From NCBI GenBank assembly GCA_964230645.1, contig CAXRHT010000003.1, forward strand, positions 32,001-96,000: a DNA stretch of 64,000 nt, written 5' to 3'. The notes beneath the pieces were generated by a model that had not been told where the DNA came from, made no database searches, and saw only the letters and a list, made by a program, of their open reading frames with translations. Source of the DNA: Bdellovibrionales bacterium. Lineage in GTDB: Bacteria; Bdellovibrionota; Bdellovibrionia; Bdellovibrionales; JAGQZY01. Made by a program: the position numbers and the translations under genes. Each line of letters opens with the position of its first letter. Position 1 is the first letter of the stretch. This document shows positions 28,233 through 40,038 of this stretch, in pieces.

Positions 28233-28404
28233 AGCTGTATTCCTCAGTTCTTTCTATTGTCATCCTGACTTCTCTATTAGAGCACAAGTGACCCTTATGG
28301 GAAATCTAAGGTCTAGAAATCACGACCCTATTTTCCGTTTTCAGACTTGGGTCTAGGAAAAATTGGCCTATTTTTTTAAGGTTTTCGATGAAAGTCTTGG
28401 GAAT

Positions 28405-28845
28405 CTAATCTTTCATTGGCATGAGTTTTATTTTCTCGCCGACTTTTACCTTATTTTTTTTGAACCAGCCTTGATTGACCTCTAAGGCATACTGGCAATC
28501 GCAACGGCTTGGATAATGCTGTAGGTTCTGACTTCGCTCTAGTAGACTTTGTTCTTTCATTTTATGGATTTCTTTAATCACTTTATTTTCATCTAAATAA
28601 GCAATGCTCAGAGGAATATAAGTGTTTTTCATCCAAAAACTCAACTTACGAGGAGAGTTGAATACAAAAAACATGCCGTGGTTCTCAGGCATTTCAGTTC
28701 TGTCCATAAGACCTTTGTTACGACTGGTAAAGTCATCGGCTACTTCAACGACAAGCTCCGCTCCATTTTTAAATTTTATTTTTTTCTTTTCTAGAGCTTC
28801 AGCTCCCCACAATAAACTTGCTATCAATATTAATTGGAAAATCAT
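28405..28845 (-). CDS. DUF192 family protein
   Basis: VEVAD...GLMDR...GMFFVF...FWMKNTYIPLSIAY...ALEVNQG. Confidence 0.9.
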   Translation of the reverse strand: MIFQLILIASLLWGAEALEKKKIKFKNGAELVVEVADDFTSRNKGLMDRTEMPENHGMFFVFNSPRKLSFWMKNTYIPLSIAYLDENKVIKEIHKMKEQSLLERSQNLQHYPSRCDCQYALEVNQGWFKKNKVKVGEKIKLMPMKD

Positions 28846-30272
28846 TTCAGTTTGTCCTTTAAAATTTTGTTAACAACCTGAGGGCTGGCCTGCCCTTTTG
28901 TCGCCTTCATAACTTGTCCAACAAAAAAGCCAAACAACTTCTCTTTTCCGCTTTTGTACTCTTCTACTTTTTCTTTATTTTGACCTATTATGGTATCGAT
29001 CTGGGCTTCTATCTCACTTTCATCTGAAATTAAGGAAAGTCCTCGGTCTGCTACAATCTCTTTTGGTTTTTTGCCACTGTTCCACATTTCTTCTAAAACT
29101 TCCTTAGCCATTTTACCGGAAAGTTCTTTTGATTGAATCATTGATAACAGATCGGCAAAATCCCCTCTCTCAACGGGCATATCTTTCCAATTCTCAATGT
29201 CACCCTCGTTGAAAAGACGCAAGAGTTCACTGGCCATCCAGTTAGAAACCAATTTGGGGTCGGAAACTTTAGTGTTTACGTCTTCAAAAATCTCAGCCAT
29301 CTCTTTTTCCGAAGTCAGCAGGATCGACTCGTCTAGGTTTAAACCGAATTCCTTTTGAAAACGTTCCATTTTTTCTGTAGGGCCTTCGGGGAGAGATTTT
29401 GTTAAATTCTCAATTCTCGATTCATCAAGGCGCAGAGCCATCAAGTCGGGTTCCGGAAAGTATCGATAATCATTGGCTTCTTCTTTTTTTCTCATCGAAA
29501 AGGTCTTATTTTTAACGGAATCATACAACCTTGTTTCCTGTACGATTTTCTCGCCTGTTTCCTTACATTGAATCTGCCTTTGGATCTCATACTCGATGGC
29601 TTTTTCAATAAAACGAAACGAGTTAATATTTTTTAGTTCCACTTTTGTTCCTAAAGTCTCATCCCCTTTAGGTCGTACACTCACATTGCAATCACAGCGC
29701 AGACTCCCCTCTTCTAAATTGCCATCACAAACTTCGGCGTACCTTAAAATTTGGCGCACCGTACGAGCGTAAGCCGCAGCCATCGAGGCGCTAGTGATCT
29801 CTGGTTTGGAGACAATCTCTAAAAGTGGAGTGCCAGCTCGATTGAGATTTATTAAAGAGTACTCTCCGAAATGGGTAGACTTTCCAGCGTCCTCTTCCAT
29901 ATGGGCTCGCTCCAACGGGACGCGCACTTTTTCACCCTCCAAATAGAAATCAACAAAGCCTCCCTTGGCAATGGGTCGATCGTACTGGGTGATTTGATAG
30001 CCCTTTGGCATATCAGGATAAAAATACTGTTTACGAGAAAACAGGGAGTCTTCTTGAATCTCACAATTTAAAGCTTTCGCAGTTTTAATGGCCACATTGA
30101 CGGCTTCGTCATTTAGAACAGGGAGAGTTCCAGGAAGGCCTGCGCAAACCAAGGTCACATGGTTATTGTGTCCCTTACCAAATTCCGTAGAGGCGCTAGA
30201 AAAACATTTCGATTGGGTGGTTAATTGAGCATGAATTTCCAATCCAATATTCACCTCGTAGTTCCCGTTCAT
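28842..30272 (-). CDS. gatB: Asp-tRNA(Asn)/Glu-tRNA(Gln) amidotransferase subunit B
   Basis: IGLEIHAQL, YFYPDMPKGYQITQ, HMEEDAGK, YRYFPEPDL. Confidence 0.98.
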   Translation of the reverse strand: MNGNYEVNIGLEIHAQLTTQSKCFSSASTEFGKGHNNHVTLVCAGLPGTLPVLNDEAVNVAIKTAKALNCEIQEDSLFSRKQYFYPDMPKGYQITQYDRPIAKGGFVDFYLEGEKVRVPLERAHMEEDAGKSTHFGEYSLINLNRAGTPLLEIVSKPEITSASMAAAYARTVRQILRYAEVCDGNLEEGSLRCDCNVSVRPKGDETLGTKVELKNINSFRFIEKAIEYEIQRQIQCKETGEKIVQETRLYDSVKNKTFSMRKKEEANDYRYFPEPDLMALRLDESRIENLTKSLPEGPTEKMERFQKEFGLNLDESILLTSEKEMAEIFEDVNTKVSDPKLVSNWMASELLRLFNEGDIENWKDMPVERGDFADLLSMIQSKELSGKMAKEVLEEMWNSGKKPKEIVADRGLSLISDESEIEAQIDTIIGQNKEKVEEYKSGKEKLFGFFVGQVMKATKGQASPQVVNKILKDKLK

Positions 30273-31702
30273 TGGTCCTCCAATAATTTTTCAACACTTG
30301 CCGCGAATTCAATCATTTTTGAATCTTCAAAAGCCGGAGAAATTATTTGTAGACCAATGGGGAGATTTGAATCGTCATGTCCAAGAGGTAAGCTCATACA
30401 AGGTAAGCCGGCTAAACTTGAGGGAACGGTTAACAGATCATTTTTATACATCTCGATAGGGTCTTTACATTTCTCGTTTATTTTGAACGCCGTGTGAGTG
30501 GTGACTGGTCCAATAATATGGTCACATTTTTTAAAAGCCTCTTGGAAATCCTGTGCGATCAGACGCCTTACTTGGCAGGCCTTTATATAATACTGATCAT
30601 AGTAACCCGCTGATAAAGAAAAAGTTCCCAGTAAAATACGACGTTTAACTTCTTCACCAAATCCGCGCGTTCGGGTGAGTTTATAAAACTCACTCAACTC
30701 GTTCACATTTTGACCGTCTTCTCTTTGGATGTCTCGCAAGCCATAGCGAACTCCGTCGTAACGGGAAAGGTTACTTGAAGCCTCGCTCGCTGCCACCAAA
30801 TAATAAACCGGTATGGCGTACTCGGTATGGGGAATTTTAACTTCAACAACCTCCCAGCCTTTTTCTTCGATTTTCTTTATCAGTTGATTAAGTTGGTCGG
30901 AAGTTTCTTTTTGTAGGCCGGAGTCAAAGTACTCTTTGATTATACCAACGCGATATTTTTTATTGGATTGAAAGTCAGGAGTCTCAAAAGAAAAGGAGAC
31001 ATTGGTGGCATCTTGTGGATCTTTTCCGATCATTGCCTGCAGACCAATAGAAGCCTCTTTAACCGTGCGAGCCATCGTTCCCGCTTGGTCCAGCGAGGAT
31101 GCAAAAGCAATCATTCCGAACCGACTTATTGCTCCGTAAGTGGGTTTAATTCCAGTGACTCCACAAAAACTGGCAGGCTGACGAATAGACCCACCTGTGT
31201 CAGACCCAATGGCAAGGGGGGCCATTTTTTGGGCCACAGCGGCCGCTGAACCCCCACTGGAACCTCCGGGGACGCGAGTATGATCAATGGGATTTTTACA
31301 CAATCCGTAGGCCGAGTTTTCGTTTGATGACCCCATGGCAAATTCGTCCATATTACTTTGAGCCACTATGATCGCTCCCTCTTGCTCAAGGCGATCAATG
31401 CAAAATGCGGTGTAGGGAGATACGAAATTTCTCAGTATTTTTGAACAGGCGGTTGTCTCAAGACCCTTAATACAGAAATTGTCTTTGACTATGACCGGCA
31501 CCCCTAAGAGAGAACCTTTGGTAAGTTTTCCTTCGTCAATCCTGCGAGCCCTTTGGATCGATTGCTCGTTGATTCTAACAAGAGCATTTGTCTTCGGGTT
31601 CTCTTTTTGGCAGTGGTCTAGAAAGGTTTTACAAACCTCCTCGGCTGAAAACTCTTTCTTTTCCACACCCTCTTTAATTTGTTCGACACTTAGATCTATC
31701 AT
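30269..31702 (-). CDS. gatA: Asp-tRNA(Asn)/Glu-tRNA(Gln) amidotransferase subunit A
   Basis: Amidase signature PGGSSGGS, GSDTGGSIRQPA, SSNLSRYDGVRYG. Confidence 0.98.
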   Translation of the reverse strand: MIDLSVEQIKEGVEKKEFSAEEVCKTFLDHCQKENPKTNALVRINEQSIQRARRIDEGKLTKGSLLGVPVIVKDNFCIKGLETTACSKILRNFVSPYTAFCIDRLEQEGAIIVAQSNMDEFAMGSSNENSAYGLCKNPIDHTRVPGGSSGGSAAAVAQKMAPLAIGSDTGGSIRQPASFCGVTGIKPTYGAISRFGMIAFASSLDQAGTMARTVKEASIGLQAMIGKDPQDATNVSFSFETPDFQSNKKYRVGIIKEYFDSGLQKETSDQLNQLIKKIEEKGWEVVEVKIPHTEYAIPVYYLVAASEASSNLSRYDGVRYGLRDIQREDGQNVNELSEFYKLTRTRGFGEEVKRRILLGTFSLSAGYYDQYYIKACQVRRLIAQDFQEAFKKCDHIIGPVTTHTAFKINEKCKDPIEMYKNDLLTVPSSLAGLPCMSLPLGHDDSNLPIGLQIISPAFEDSKMIEFAASVEKLLEDQ

Positions 31703-31705
31703 TTT

Positions 31706-31987
31706 TTAAACCACCGGCGGAACTTTGTAGAGGGAATCTTTGACCTCTGGAGCTAGCGCCATCAAGTCTTCCCTATCAATATCATTATTGACCTCGTCAG
31801 GTCGCAATTCTGGATAGATTCCATGAGGAGTGATCATTGGTTCCACCCCTTTAACGTCAACACGATCCAGACTATTGAAAAACTTTAAGATTTGATCGAA
31901 AGATTTTTGGTAGTTGTCTTGATCTCCATTCTCAAATGTTAAGCAAGCCAGATCCGCTATTTCTTCGATATTATTTTTTTCGTCCAT
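31706..31987 (-). CDS. gatC: Asp-tRNA(Asn)/Glu-tRNA(Gln) amidotransferase subunit C
   Basis: IADLACL, VDVKGVEPM, LRPD, YKVPPVV; immediately upstream of gatA. Confidence 0.92.
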   Translation of the reverse strand: MDEKNNIEEIADLACLTFENGDQDNYQKSFDQILKFFNSLDRVDVKGVEPMITPHGIYPELRPDEVNNDIDREDLMALAPEVKDSLYKVPPVV

Positions 31988-32122
31988 AAATCTCCCGAAA
32001 TTAAGGCTCTGACACTATAACCTGAATTTGACTCTCCTTTAAGGGATCAAAACTTAAGTGTCGTGTTGGGCCATAATCATGGCGCGACACTTCCTTAGAT
32101 GACCTGAGGGGTAAAACATTGA

Positions 32123-34177
<2,055 letters not shown>

Positions 34178-34205
34178 AAAAAAGCTCCTGGTTCAAGGAG
34201 CTTTT
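34178..34205. terminator. bidirectional terminator between ligA and the histone gene
   Basis: A-tract, AAGCTCCT/AGGAGCTT stem, T-tract. Confidence 0.8.
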
Positions 34206-34232
34206 AAGTTTAAAAATTCGAATGTCAGTTTA

Positions 34233-34427
34233 TTAGATGTGATCAATCACGATATCGCGAGCCATCACAGTTTTACGCCCATCAGCCTGAGCCGACTCGA
34301 CTCCCTTTTTGCATAATTGCTCGACAGCTTTGCTCAGTACATCGACTGTTTCAGCTGAAGTATTACACCCAGAGGATTCTTTGATGAACTTTTTAACTTT
34401 GCTAGTTACCACTAATACGTTTGCCAT
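34233..34427 (-). CDS. bacterial histone-fold protein (Bd0055/HBb-type)
   Basis: 64 aa with the RKTVMARD L2-loop motif; nearly identical to my recollection of Bdellovibrio Bd0055; GGGAGG RBS. Confidence 0.92.
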   Translation of the reverse strand: MANVLVVTSKVKKFIKESSGCNTSAETVDVLSKAVEQLCKKGVESAQADGRKTVMARDIVIDHI

Positions 34428-34692
34428 TTATTACCTCCCAATGGTCAGCGGATAAATATTTCACAGCTAATCTAACGCAAATTTGGATCTGAAGACAAAA
34501 TTATTTCGTTCTGGCATCCATCAGCATCGGTATTAAAAGCTAAGTATCTAATTTAACAAGGTTATTGCGTCGCATTGCTTGCGGGCCTTCCAGAGGATGT
34601 TTTATTGGGTTGTGTACTTTTTTACACATATACCCCTGATTTACTATAAGACAGACTAGTTCCATCTTCTAGGGGAATAAATTTTAGTTGAT

Positions 34693-36147
34693 TTAAAATT
34701 TTCGAGAACCAAAAAAGTCTGTGACTTCTTTGCCGTCAATTTTAAAGACTTTGGCTTCTCGGTTAGCACCGAAGGGAGTAATCCACACGAATGTTTTACT
34801 GTCTTGGGATATAGTGCACTCCACGTCAGAAAAGGCCGGAGACCAAGTCCCCGAATTCAAGTGCTCTACCCCACCAATCAGTTCATGCCTCACATCATGA
34901 GTGTGTCCGTAGATCACCCGGTTAACGTTACAAATAAGTGCTGAAGTCGTTAAGATCTGTTCATTCGGCTTTTTATAATATCCGATTCCCGATTCGACCC
35001 CGCGAGCGTAAAGAATAAAAGGAGGTAAAAGTGGAATAATAAATAAAAACATCCAGTAAAAGGAAAGAGCGTAAATTCTATTGATCATAAAAAAGAGCTG
35101 AAAAAGAGCTAGTAGTGCAATCAAAACTAGAAAAGCGCGATCTAGCCACAACTCTCTTAATATTTTTAACGGGCTTGAGGCGGCTGGTTTTACGATCAGA
35201 GCTTTCATTTCTCTGACGACACGGGAGCTGGCATTGGACCTCTTGCCAATTCCCTCTATTCTTTTTTCGACCGTAAGAGGGTCTGAAAGTGGACGATGCA
35301 AATTCGAAGATATGGTTCGCCAAAAAATCGCAACACTGCTCCAAAACCAAGTCCAAAGAATGAAAGGTTGGGCTCGCACCATATATTTAAAGAAATAACG
35401 GACGTATTCCCCTAGAGACATCACATAGTTAGCTTCAATATGGGGGTTAAAATAACCAAGACCATTCACCAAATACCGACAGGCCCAGTCTCCAAAAGGC
35501 AGCCTCACTTTGACCCGGTTATAATCTATAACAAAAGGGTTAACAGGATCGTCACACAGACAGTAAGGATCATATTGGTTACCGTGTTCGATCAAAGTGT
35601 CTTTGTTACTAATGTAAAACCATTCTACAAAACGCACCCGGGTGCGTTCTTCTGCGGTTAACTCGAGGGTATTTAAAATTTCAATTTGCACTGACTTCCA
35701 GTGAAGCTCTAAATCGTGGTTTCCTGTAATAAATACCACTCGGTGGCCCTGCTCTATGAACCAGTGCAGAGCTTCACACCATTCTTTATGATCGTCGAGG
35801 ATAATCCTAATTTTATCCACCGACTTTTCTTCTTCAGGCTCCAGACCGCGCTTTTTTTCCATCCAAGAAATATTGTATACAGGTTCTGGAGGGATATAGC
35901 TCATTGAATCAAAATCAAAAATATCACCATTAAGAACTAGCTCGATTTTTTTTCCACCCGCCTCTTTATCAATATGTTCTAGAAAATTACGAAACTCAGA
36001 ATCAAAAAAGAACTCTCTCGTCTTATATTTTTTCCAAAGAGGATATTTAGGATGAACCGGCTCGGCTTCACAGAGATGAAGGTCACTGACAATAGCCGTG
36101 TAGGTGGCTTTAGAAAAATCAACACCATCAAGATTAAAATCAGCCAT
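34693..36147 (-). CDS. calcineurin-like metallophosphoesterase with membrane segments
   Basis: SDLH, NGDIFD, GNHD, EHG, YGHTH, NSGTW motifs. Confidence 0.88.
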   Translation of the reverse strand: MADFNLDGVDFSKATYTAIVSDLHLCEAEPVHPKYPLWKKYKTREFFFDSEFRNFLEHIDKEAGGKKIELVLNGDIFDFDSMSYIPPEPVYNISWMEKKRGLEPEEEKSVDKIRIILDDHKEWCEALHWFIEQGHRVVFITGNHDLELHWKSVQIEILNTLELTAEERTRVRFVEWFYISNKDTLIEHGNQYDPYCLCDDPVNPFVIDYNRVKVRLPFGDWACRYLVNGLGYFNPHIEANYVMSLGEYVRYFFKYMVRAQPFILWTWFWSSVAIFWRTISSNLHRPLSDPLTVEKRIEGIGKRSNASSRVVREMKALIVKPAASSPLKILRELWLDRAFLVLIALLALFQLFFMINRIYALSFYWMFLFIIPLLPPFILYARGVESGIGYYKKPNEQILTTSALICNVNRVIYGHTHDVRHELIGGVEHLNSGTWSPAFSDVECTISQDSKTFVWITPFGANREAKVFKIDGKEVTDFFGSRKF

Positions 36148-36884
36148 TACATCTCTTCAGGTTTATGGCCAAACCATCCAACAAGTATGATCGAAAGCTC
36201 ATAGAGACCGCAAAGGGGAAGAACCAGTAAGACCATACTCATCACATCGGGTGGGGTGATAACCGCAGACATAACACACATCAAAATGATCGCATAGCGT
36301 CTGAGAGCAATTAAAAGAGCCTTACTAACAATACCCATGATTCCTAAAATCGTTAGAACCAGGGGCAATTCAAAGGCCAAACCGAAAACTAAAGTGGTCG
36401 TCATAAAAAACGATAGATAGTCATTGATAGTAATCATAGCCTGATCTGTTTCCCCCCCAAAATTTAGAAGGAAATCAAAAGCCAGAGGATAAACCACGAA
36501 GTAAACGAAGTTAACTCCAATGAGAAAAAGTAAGGTCCCGAAAAAGATAAAATACAGACCGTATTTCTTTTCTTTTTTATAAAGCCCAGGTGCTACAAAC
36601 ATCCAAAACTGATAAATCCAAACGGGACAAGAGGCGATGACACCCGTCAAAATGGACACCTTTAAGTGAGCCATGAATTTATCCATTGGGGCCGTAAAGA
36701 CCAGTCCGTTCTGGGGCAAATAAGGGAGGATGGGTTTTCGCACTATGGAAAAGAAGAAATCACTAAAGTTCCAAGCCAGGATCGCAAACACTGCCACAGC
36801 GATCAGTGAGCGAATAATTCGGTCACGTAGCTCGGTTAAGTGCTCAACGAGTGTGTAATCATCTTGAGGACTGTTAGTTTCCAT
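36147..36884 (-). CDS. tatC: twin-arginine translocase subunit TatC
   Basis: EHLTELRDR, FVAPGLYKKEKK, FELP, ITPPD; ATG 36884 preferred. Confidence 0.96.
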   Translation of the reverse strand: METNSPQDDYTLVEHLTELRDRIIRSLIAVAVFAILAWNFSDFFFSIVRKPILPYLPQNGLVFTAPMDKFMAHLKVSILTGVIASCPVWIYQFWMFVAPGLYKKEKKYGLYFIFFGTLLFLIGVNFVYFVVYPLAFDFLLNFGGETDQAMITINDYLSFFMTTTLVFGLAFELPLVLTILGIMGIVSKALLIALRRYAIILMCVMSAVITPPDVMSMVLLVLPLCGLYELSIILVGWFGHKPEEM

Positions 36885-37290
36885 CCACCTTCTCTTTATC
36901 CGCTTGATCAATCTCTACTTTTTCGCCAGGCCCCGGTTTTTTTTCTAATTCTGTGTGAAGGTGTTCTTCTTCTAAATGATGATGCTCTTCAAGATCATCA
37001 TACTCATCTTCAGGCACATGAGGCTCGTGCTCAACAGAGGCATCCGTTCGAGTCACATCGTCCATAATTTTACGCCCCTCATTCACAATATGGGATTTTG
37101 TGTCGTCTATTGAATTTTTAACCTCTTTGGTCACATCCAATAAACCGCCACTTAACTCTTGGGTGGCGTTTTTGATTTCACCGAGAAGTTTTCCAACCAC
37201 TCTTGCAACTTCGGGAAGTTGCTTGGGCCCAATTACAATAAGAGCGATCACTCCAATAACTAAAAATTCGGTGAATCCAATATTGAACAT
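36874..37290 (-). CDS. tatB: twin-arginine translocase subunit TatB
   Basis: MFNIGFTE...GPKQLPEVAR; directly upstream of tatC. Confidence 0.88.
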   Translation of the reverse strand: MFNIGFTEFLVIGVIALIVIGPKQLPEVARVVGKLLGEIKNATQELSGGLLDVTKEVKNSIDDTKSHIVNEGRKIMDDVTRTDASVEHEPHVPEDEYDDLEEHHHLEEEHLHTELEKKPGPGEKVEIDQADKEKVDGN

Positions 37291-37372
37291 ACTTTAAAGA
37301 TATAGGAGGGCGTCTGATAATTCAATCAGAGAGGCGTATTATTCTGCCAGAGCCCGGTCGTTTGGGAGGGTC

Positions 37373-37972
37373 CTATTGTTTTGAAGTCTTCTTATGAGGA
37401 CGGTGAAACACACCTTTTTCGGCCAAGGTTTCCCCAACGAAGGAGGATCCTGTTTTTGAGTAGACATCCATCATACGCAGTATGTTTTCATCGTCAGTCA
37501 TCTTGGCCTTTTGACTTATGAGAGAAAGCACGTCCACTAAGCTCATGAACTGCACTGAGATGTCTCTAAATAACTTTGAGAAGGTATCCTCTTCTACATC
37601 TTTGGCCAGAGACTCAAAAGCCATGCGGCCCATGTCGACATAATAGTCGACATCAATAATTTTACGCTGAAAGGAGTCAGAGAAGAATCCCGATATATAA
37701 AGGGAACGATCCCCTAATTTCTTCAATTTTCCCACTCTAAGTTCACGACTCTCCTGACCAGCCTGCAAGAGGAGTTCAGCCATGGTTTTTCTAGTTTTTT
37801 TCCCACTTGAGTCTTCTTCATCATAGAGGTTTTCAATAAAAAGGTGATGTTTAAGCAAGTCCACGACATAGGATTGTATTTGTGGATAGCTTTTTACTTT
37901 GCGCTCGTTGAACGCGTCTTCAACAAGATTGTTGAAAAATTCATTGGAGTTCAGAATTAGTTGTGTCGACAT
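37373..37972 (-). CDS. hypothetical protein
   Basis: 199-aa ORF with conserved-looking LGDRSLYISGFF and DYYVDMG segments; function not recognised. Confidence 0.75.
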   Translation of the reverse strand: MSTQLILNSNEFFNNLVEDAFNERKVKSYPQIQSYVVDLLKHHLFIENLYDEEDSSGKKTRKTMAELLLQAGQESRELRVGKLKKLGDRSLYISGFFSDSFQRKIIDVDYYVDMGRMAFESLAKDVEEDTFSKLFRDISVQFMSLVDVLSLISQKAKMTDDENILRMMDVYSKTGSSFVGETLAEKGVFHRPHKKTSKQ

Positions 37973-38176
37973 GAGAGACCCTTCAAATTTGTTTATTCCC
38001 AGCCTTTATTATAGCGAAATCCCCAACTTTTCTCATAAATTCGTCTCATTTTTATGAGTTTTGTCTAGTGACTTGTCTCAAATTAATTCAATAATTTCAG
38101 TATTATAAGGTGTTTTTATATTCACTATACGGGTTTCTAATGGACCACGAGCGGGGCCTGTGTTAGCCAGACAAAG

Positions 38177-39358
38177 ATGACACCTTCTTTTGGTATTTAT
38201 GTCCATATTCCTTTTTGTATTCAACGCTGCACCTATTGTGATTTTGCCACTTATGCAAAAGACCAGATTGCGGCCAATGACCAATACATAGAAACACTCT
38301 GCCAAGAGATCGAAAAGCGCGCTCCTATTTTCGAAACTAAGGAGCTCCATAGTCTTTATTTTGGAGGGGGAACGCCAAGCCTTTTAACTCCTGCTCAGAT
38401 CGATAAGATCATCTCTACGATCCAAAAACTAAACCTAAGCTGGCATCCTAAAATTGAAGTCACCATGGAAGTAAACCCAGCCACTTTGGATAAAAATAAG
38501 CTTCTCTCCTTTAAGGCAAGTGGAATAAACCGCATGAGTATTGGATGCCAGACTTTTGATGATCAGGCCTTAAAAGACTGTAATAGGGAGCATGACTCAA
38601 AGGACACGGTCAAAACTATTGAATTAGTCAGTGATCATTTGGAAAATTTCAGTCTCGACCTTTTGTTTTCACTTCCAAAACAAAGGCTGAAACCTTTAGA
38701 AAAAGATGTGGAAAGAATTCTCTCCTTTGATCCTCCTCATGTCAGCGCCTATTGCCTGACCGTTCCAGATAAACATCCCATGAATCAAGGCCGCTGCTCT
38801 GAGGAAGAGCAACTCCAAATGTTTGATCTTATCCATGAAAGCTTCAGAGAGAAAAACCTTCTATCTTATGAGATATCTAACTTTGCCAAGCCAGGCTTTG
38901 AGTCCGTTCACAACAATCTTTATTGGCTCGACCAAAACTTTTGGGGCGTGGGCTTGAGTGCTCATTCCTATAAAAAGGATCCTGACTGGGGCTATCGCTT
39001 TTGGAACCCCTCAAGTTATAAAGCCTATATGAGCCATGTTGCCTCCCTTGAAATATCCACCGACCTAGAATCCTCTTTTCCTTCGGACCAAAGAGAGAAG
39101 CTATCCTTGCATGAGTCCATAACCGACTATTGCCACACTCATTTGCGGTTGACTGAGGGCCTACCTGTAGCTTCGCTGCGTCAGAAATATGGAGAGAATC
39201 TCACCGCTCTAGTTATTGAACGGGCAAAAGGTCTTGAATCTAAGGGATTATTGAAGCTTTCCGAAAATTCGGCAAAACTGACAAGGCAAGGTCTCTTCCT
39301 TAGTAATCAGGTGTTTGCAGAGCTCCTGTTTTCCCGGTCAGACGTTGACAGAATTTAA
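38177..39358 (+). CDS. hemW: radical SAM heme chaperone HemW (HemN-like)
   Basis: YVHIPFC, CIQRCTYCDF, YFGGGTPS, YEISNFA, HNNLYW (HNxxYW). Confidence 0.92.
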   Translation: MTPSFGIYVHIPFCIQRCTYCDFATYAKDQIAANDQYIETLCQEIEKRAPIFETKELHSLYFGGGTPSLLTPAQIDKIISTIQKLNLSWHPKIEVTMEVNPATLDKNKLLSFKASGINRMSIGCQTFDDQALKDCNREHDSKDTVKTIELVSDHLENFSLDLLFSLPKQRLKPLEKDVERILSFDPPHVSAYCLTVPDKHPMNQGRCSEEEQLQMFDLIHESFREKNLLSYEISNFAKPGFESVHNNLYWLDQNFWGVGLSAHSYKKDPDWGYRFWNPSSYKAYMSHVASLEISTDLESSFPSDQREKLSLHESITDYCHTHLRLTEGLPVASLRQKYGENLTALVIERAKGLESKGLLKLSENSAKLTRQGLFLSNQVFAELLFSRSDVDRI

Positions 39359-39371
39359 ATCGACCCCCTAT
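39345..39371 (+). promoter_or_regulatory. possible sigma-32-type promoter for grpE
   Basis: TTGACA-N13-CCCCCTAT, compared with consensus TTGAAA-N13/14-CCCCATNT. Confidence 0.4.
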
Positions 39372-39395
39372 TAATTGAAATCATTAGGAGTGGAC

Positions 39396-39983
39396 ATGGC
39401 AGATGATAAAGCTGAAAAGCCGAATGAGAATGAAATCCCTGAGGAAGCTCAGGATGCTAAAAACGTTGGTTCGGCCCACAAAGAAGACAATCCTGACGAG
39501 CCCAGCTTAGAACCCAATGACGCCTCACCAGCGGATGATCCTGTGGCTCGCTTACAAGCCCTGGAAAAAGACCACCTCTATTTGCGGGCAGAACTTGAAA
39601 ATATTAAACGCCAAAATATAAAAGAGCGCTCCCAACTTTTGAAGTACGGAGCCGAACGCTTAGCCCGAGACCTCTTAGACACTTTGGATGTTTTTAAGTC
39701 GGCTCTTGAGGGCGAGGTCACTGCTGAAAATTATAAAGAATTTGTCAGTGGTGTTGAAATGACGGCCCAGTCCCTCAAAAATACCTTAGAAAAACATGGT
39801 ATATCTGAAATGCCGTGCGTGGGCCAACCCTTTGATCCAAACACTCAGGAAGCACTGAGCAGCGAGCCCTCTGATGAACATCCGGAAGGGCATGTTACAC
39901 AGGTCTTTAAGGCCCCTTATAAATATCACGACAAATTATTGAGAGCCGGCCAGGTCGTTGTCAGTCGAGCAAAAAGCGAATAA
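39396..39983 (+). CDS. grpE: nucleotide exchange factor GrpE
   Basis: RAELENIKR, FDPNTQEA, LLRAGQVVV; ATG 39396 follows AGGAG. Confidence 0.95.
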   Translation: MADDKAEKPNENEIPEEAQDAKNVGSAHKEDNPDEPSLEPNDASPADDPVARLQALEKDHLYLRAELENIKRQNIKERSQLLKYGAERLARDLLDTLDVFKSALEGEVTAENYKEFVSGVEMTAQSLKNTLEKHGISEMPCVGQPFDPNTQEALSSEPSDEHPEGHVTQVFKAPYKYHDKLLRAGQVVVSRAKSE

Positions 39984-39993
39984 AATTATTAAG

Positions 39994-40018
39994 AAAACCT
40001 TTATTTAAGGTTTTTTTT
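39994..40018 (+). terminator. possible terminator after grpE
   Basis: AAAACCTT/AAGGTTTT stem plus T-tract; the stem is AT-rich. Confidence 0.5.
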
Positions 40019-40038
40019 AATTAACGAGCGACTTTGTA

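Noticed and set aside
38177..39358. HemW as part of the radical SAM array
   Set aside because: Housekeeping family in its usual grpE context, more than 20 kb from the block.
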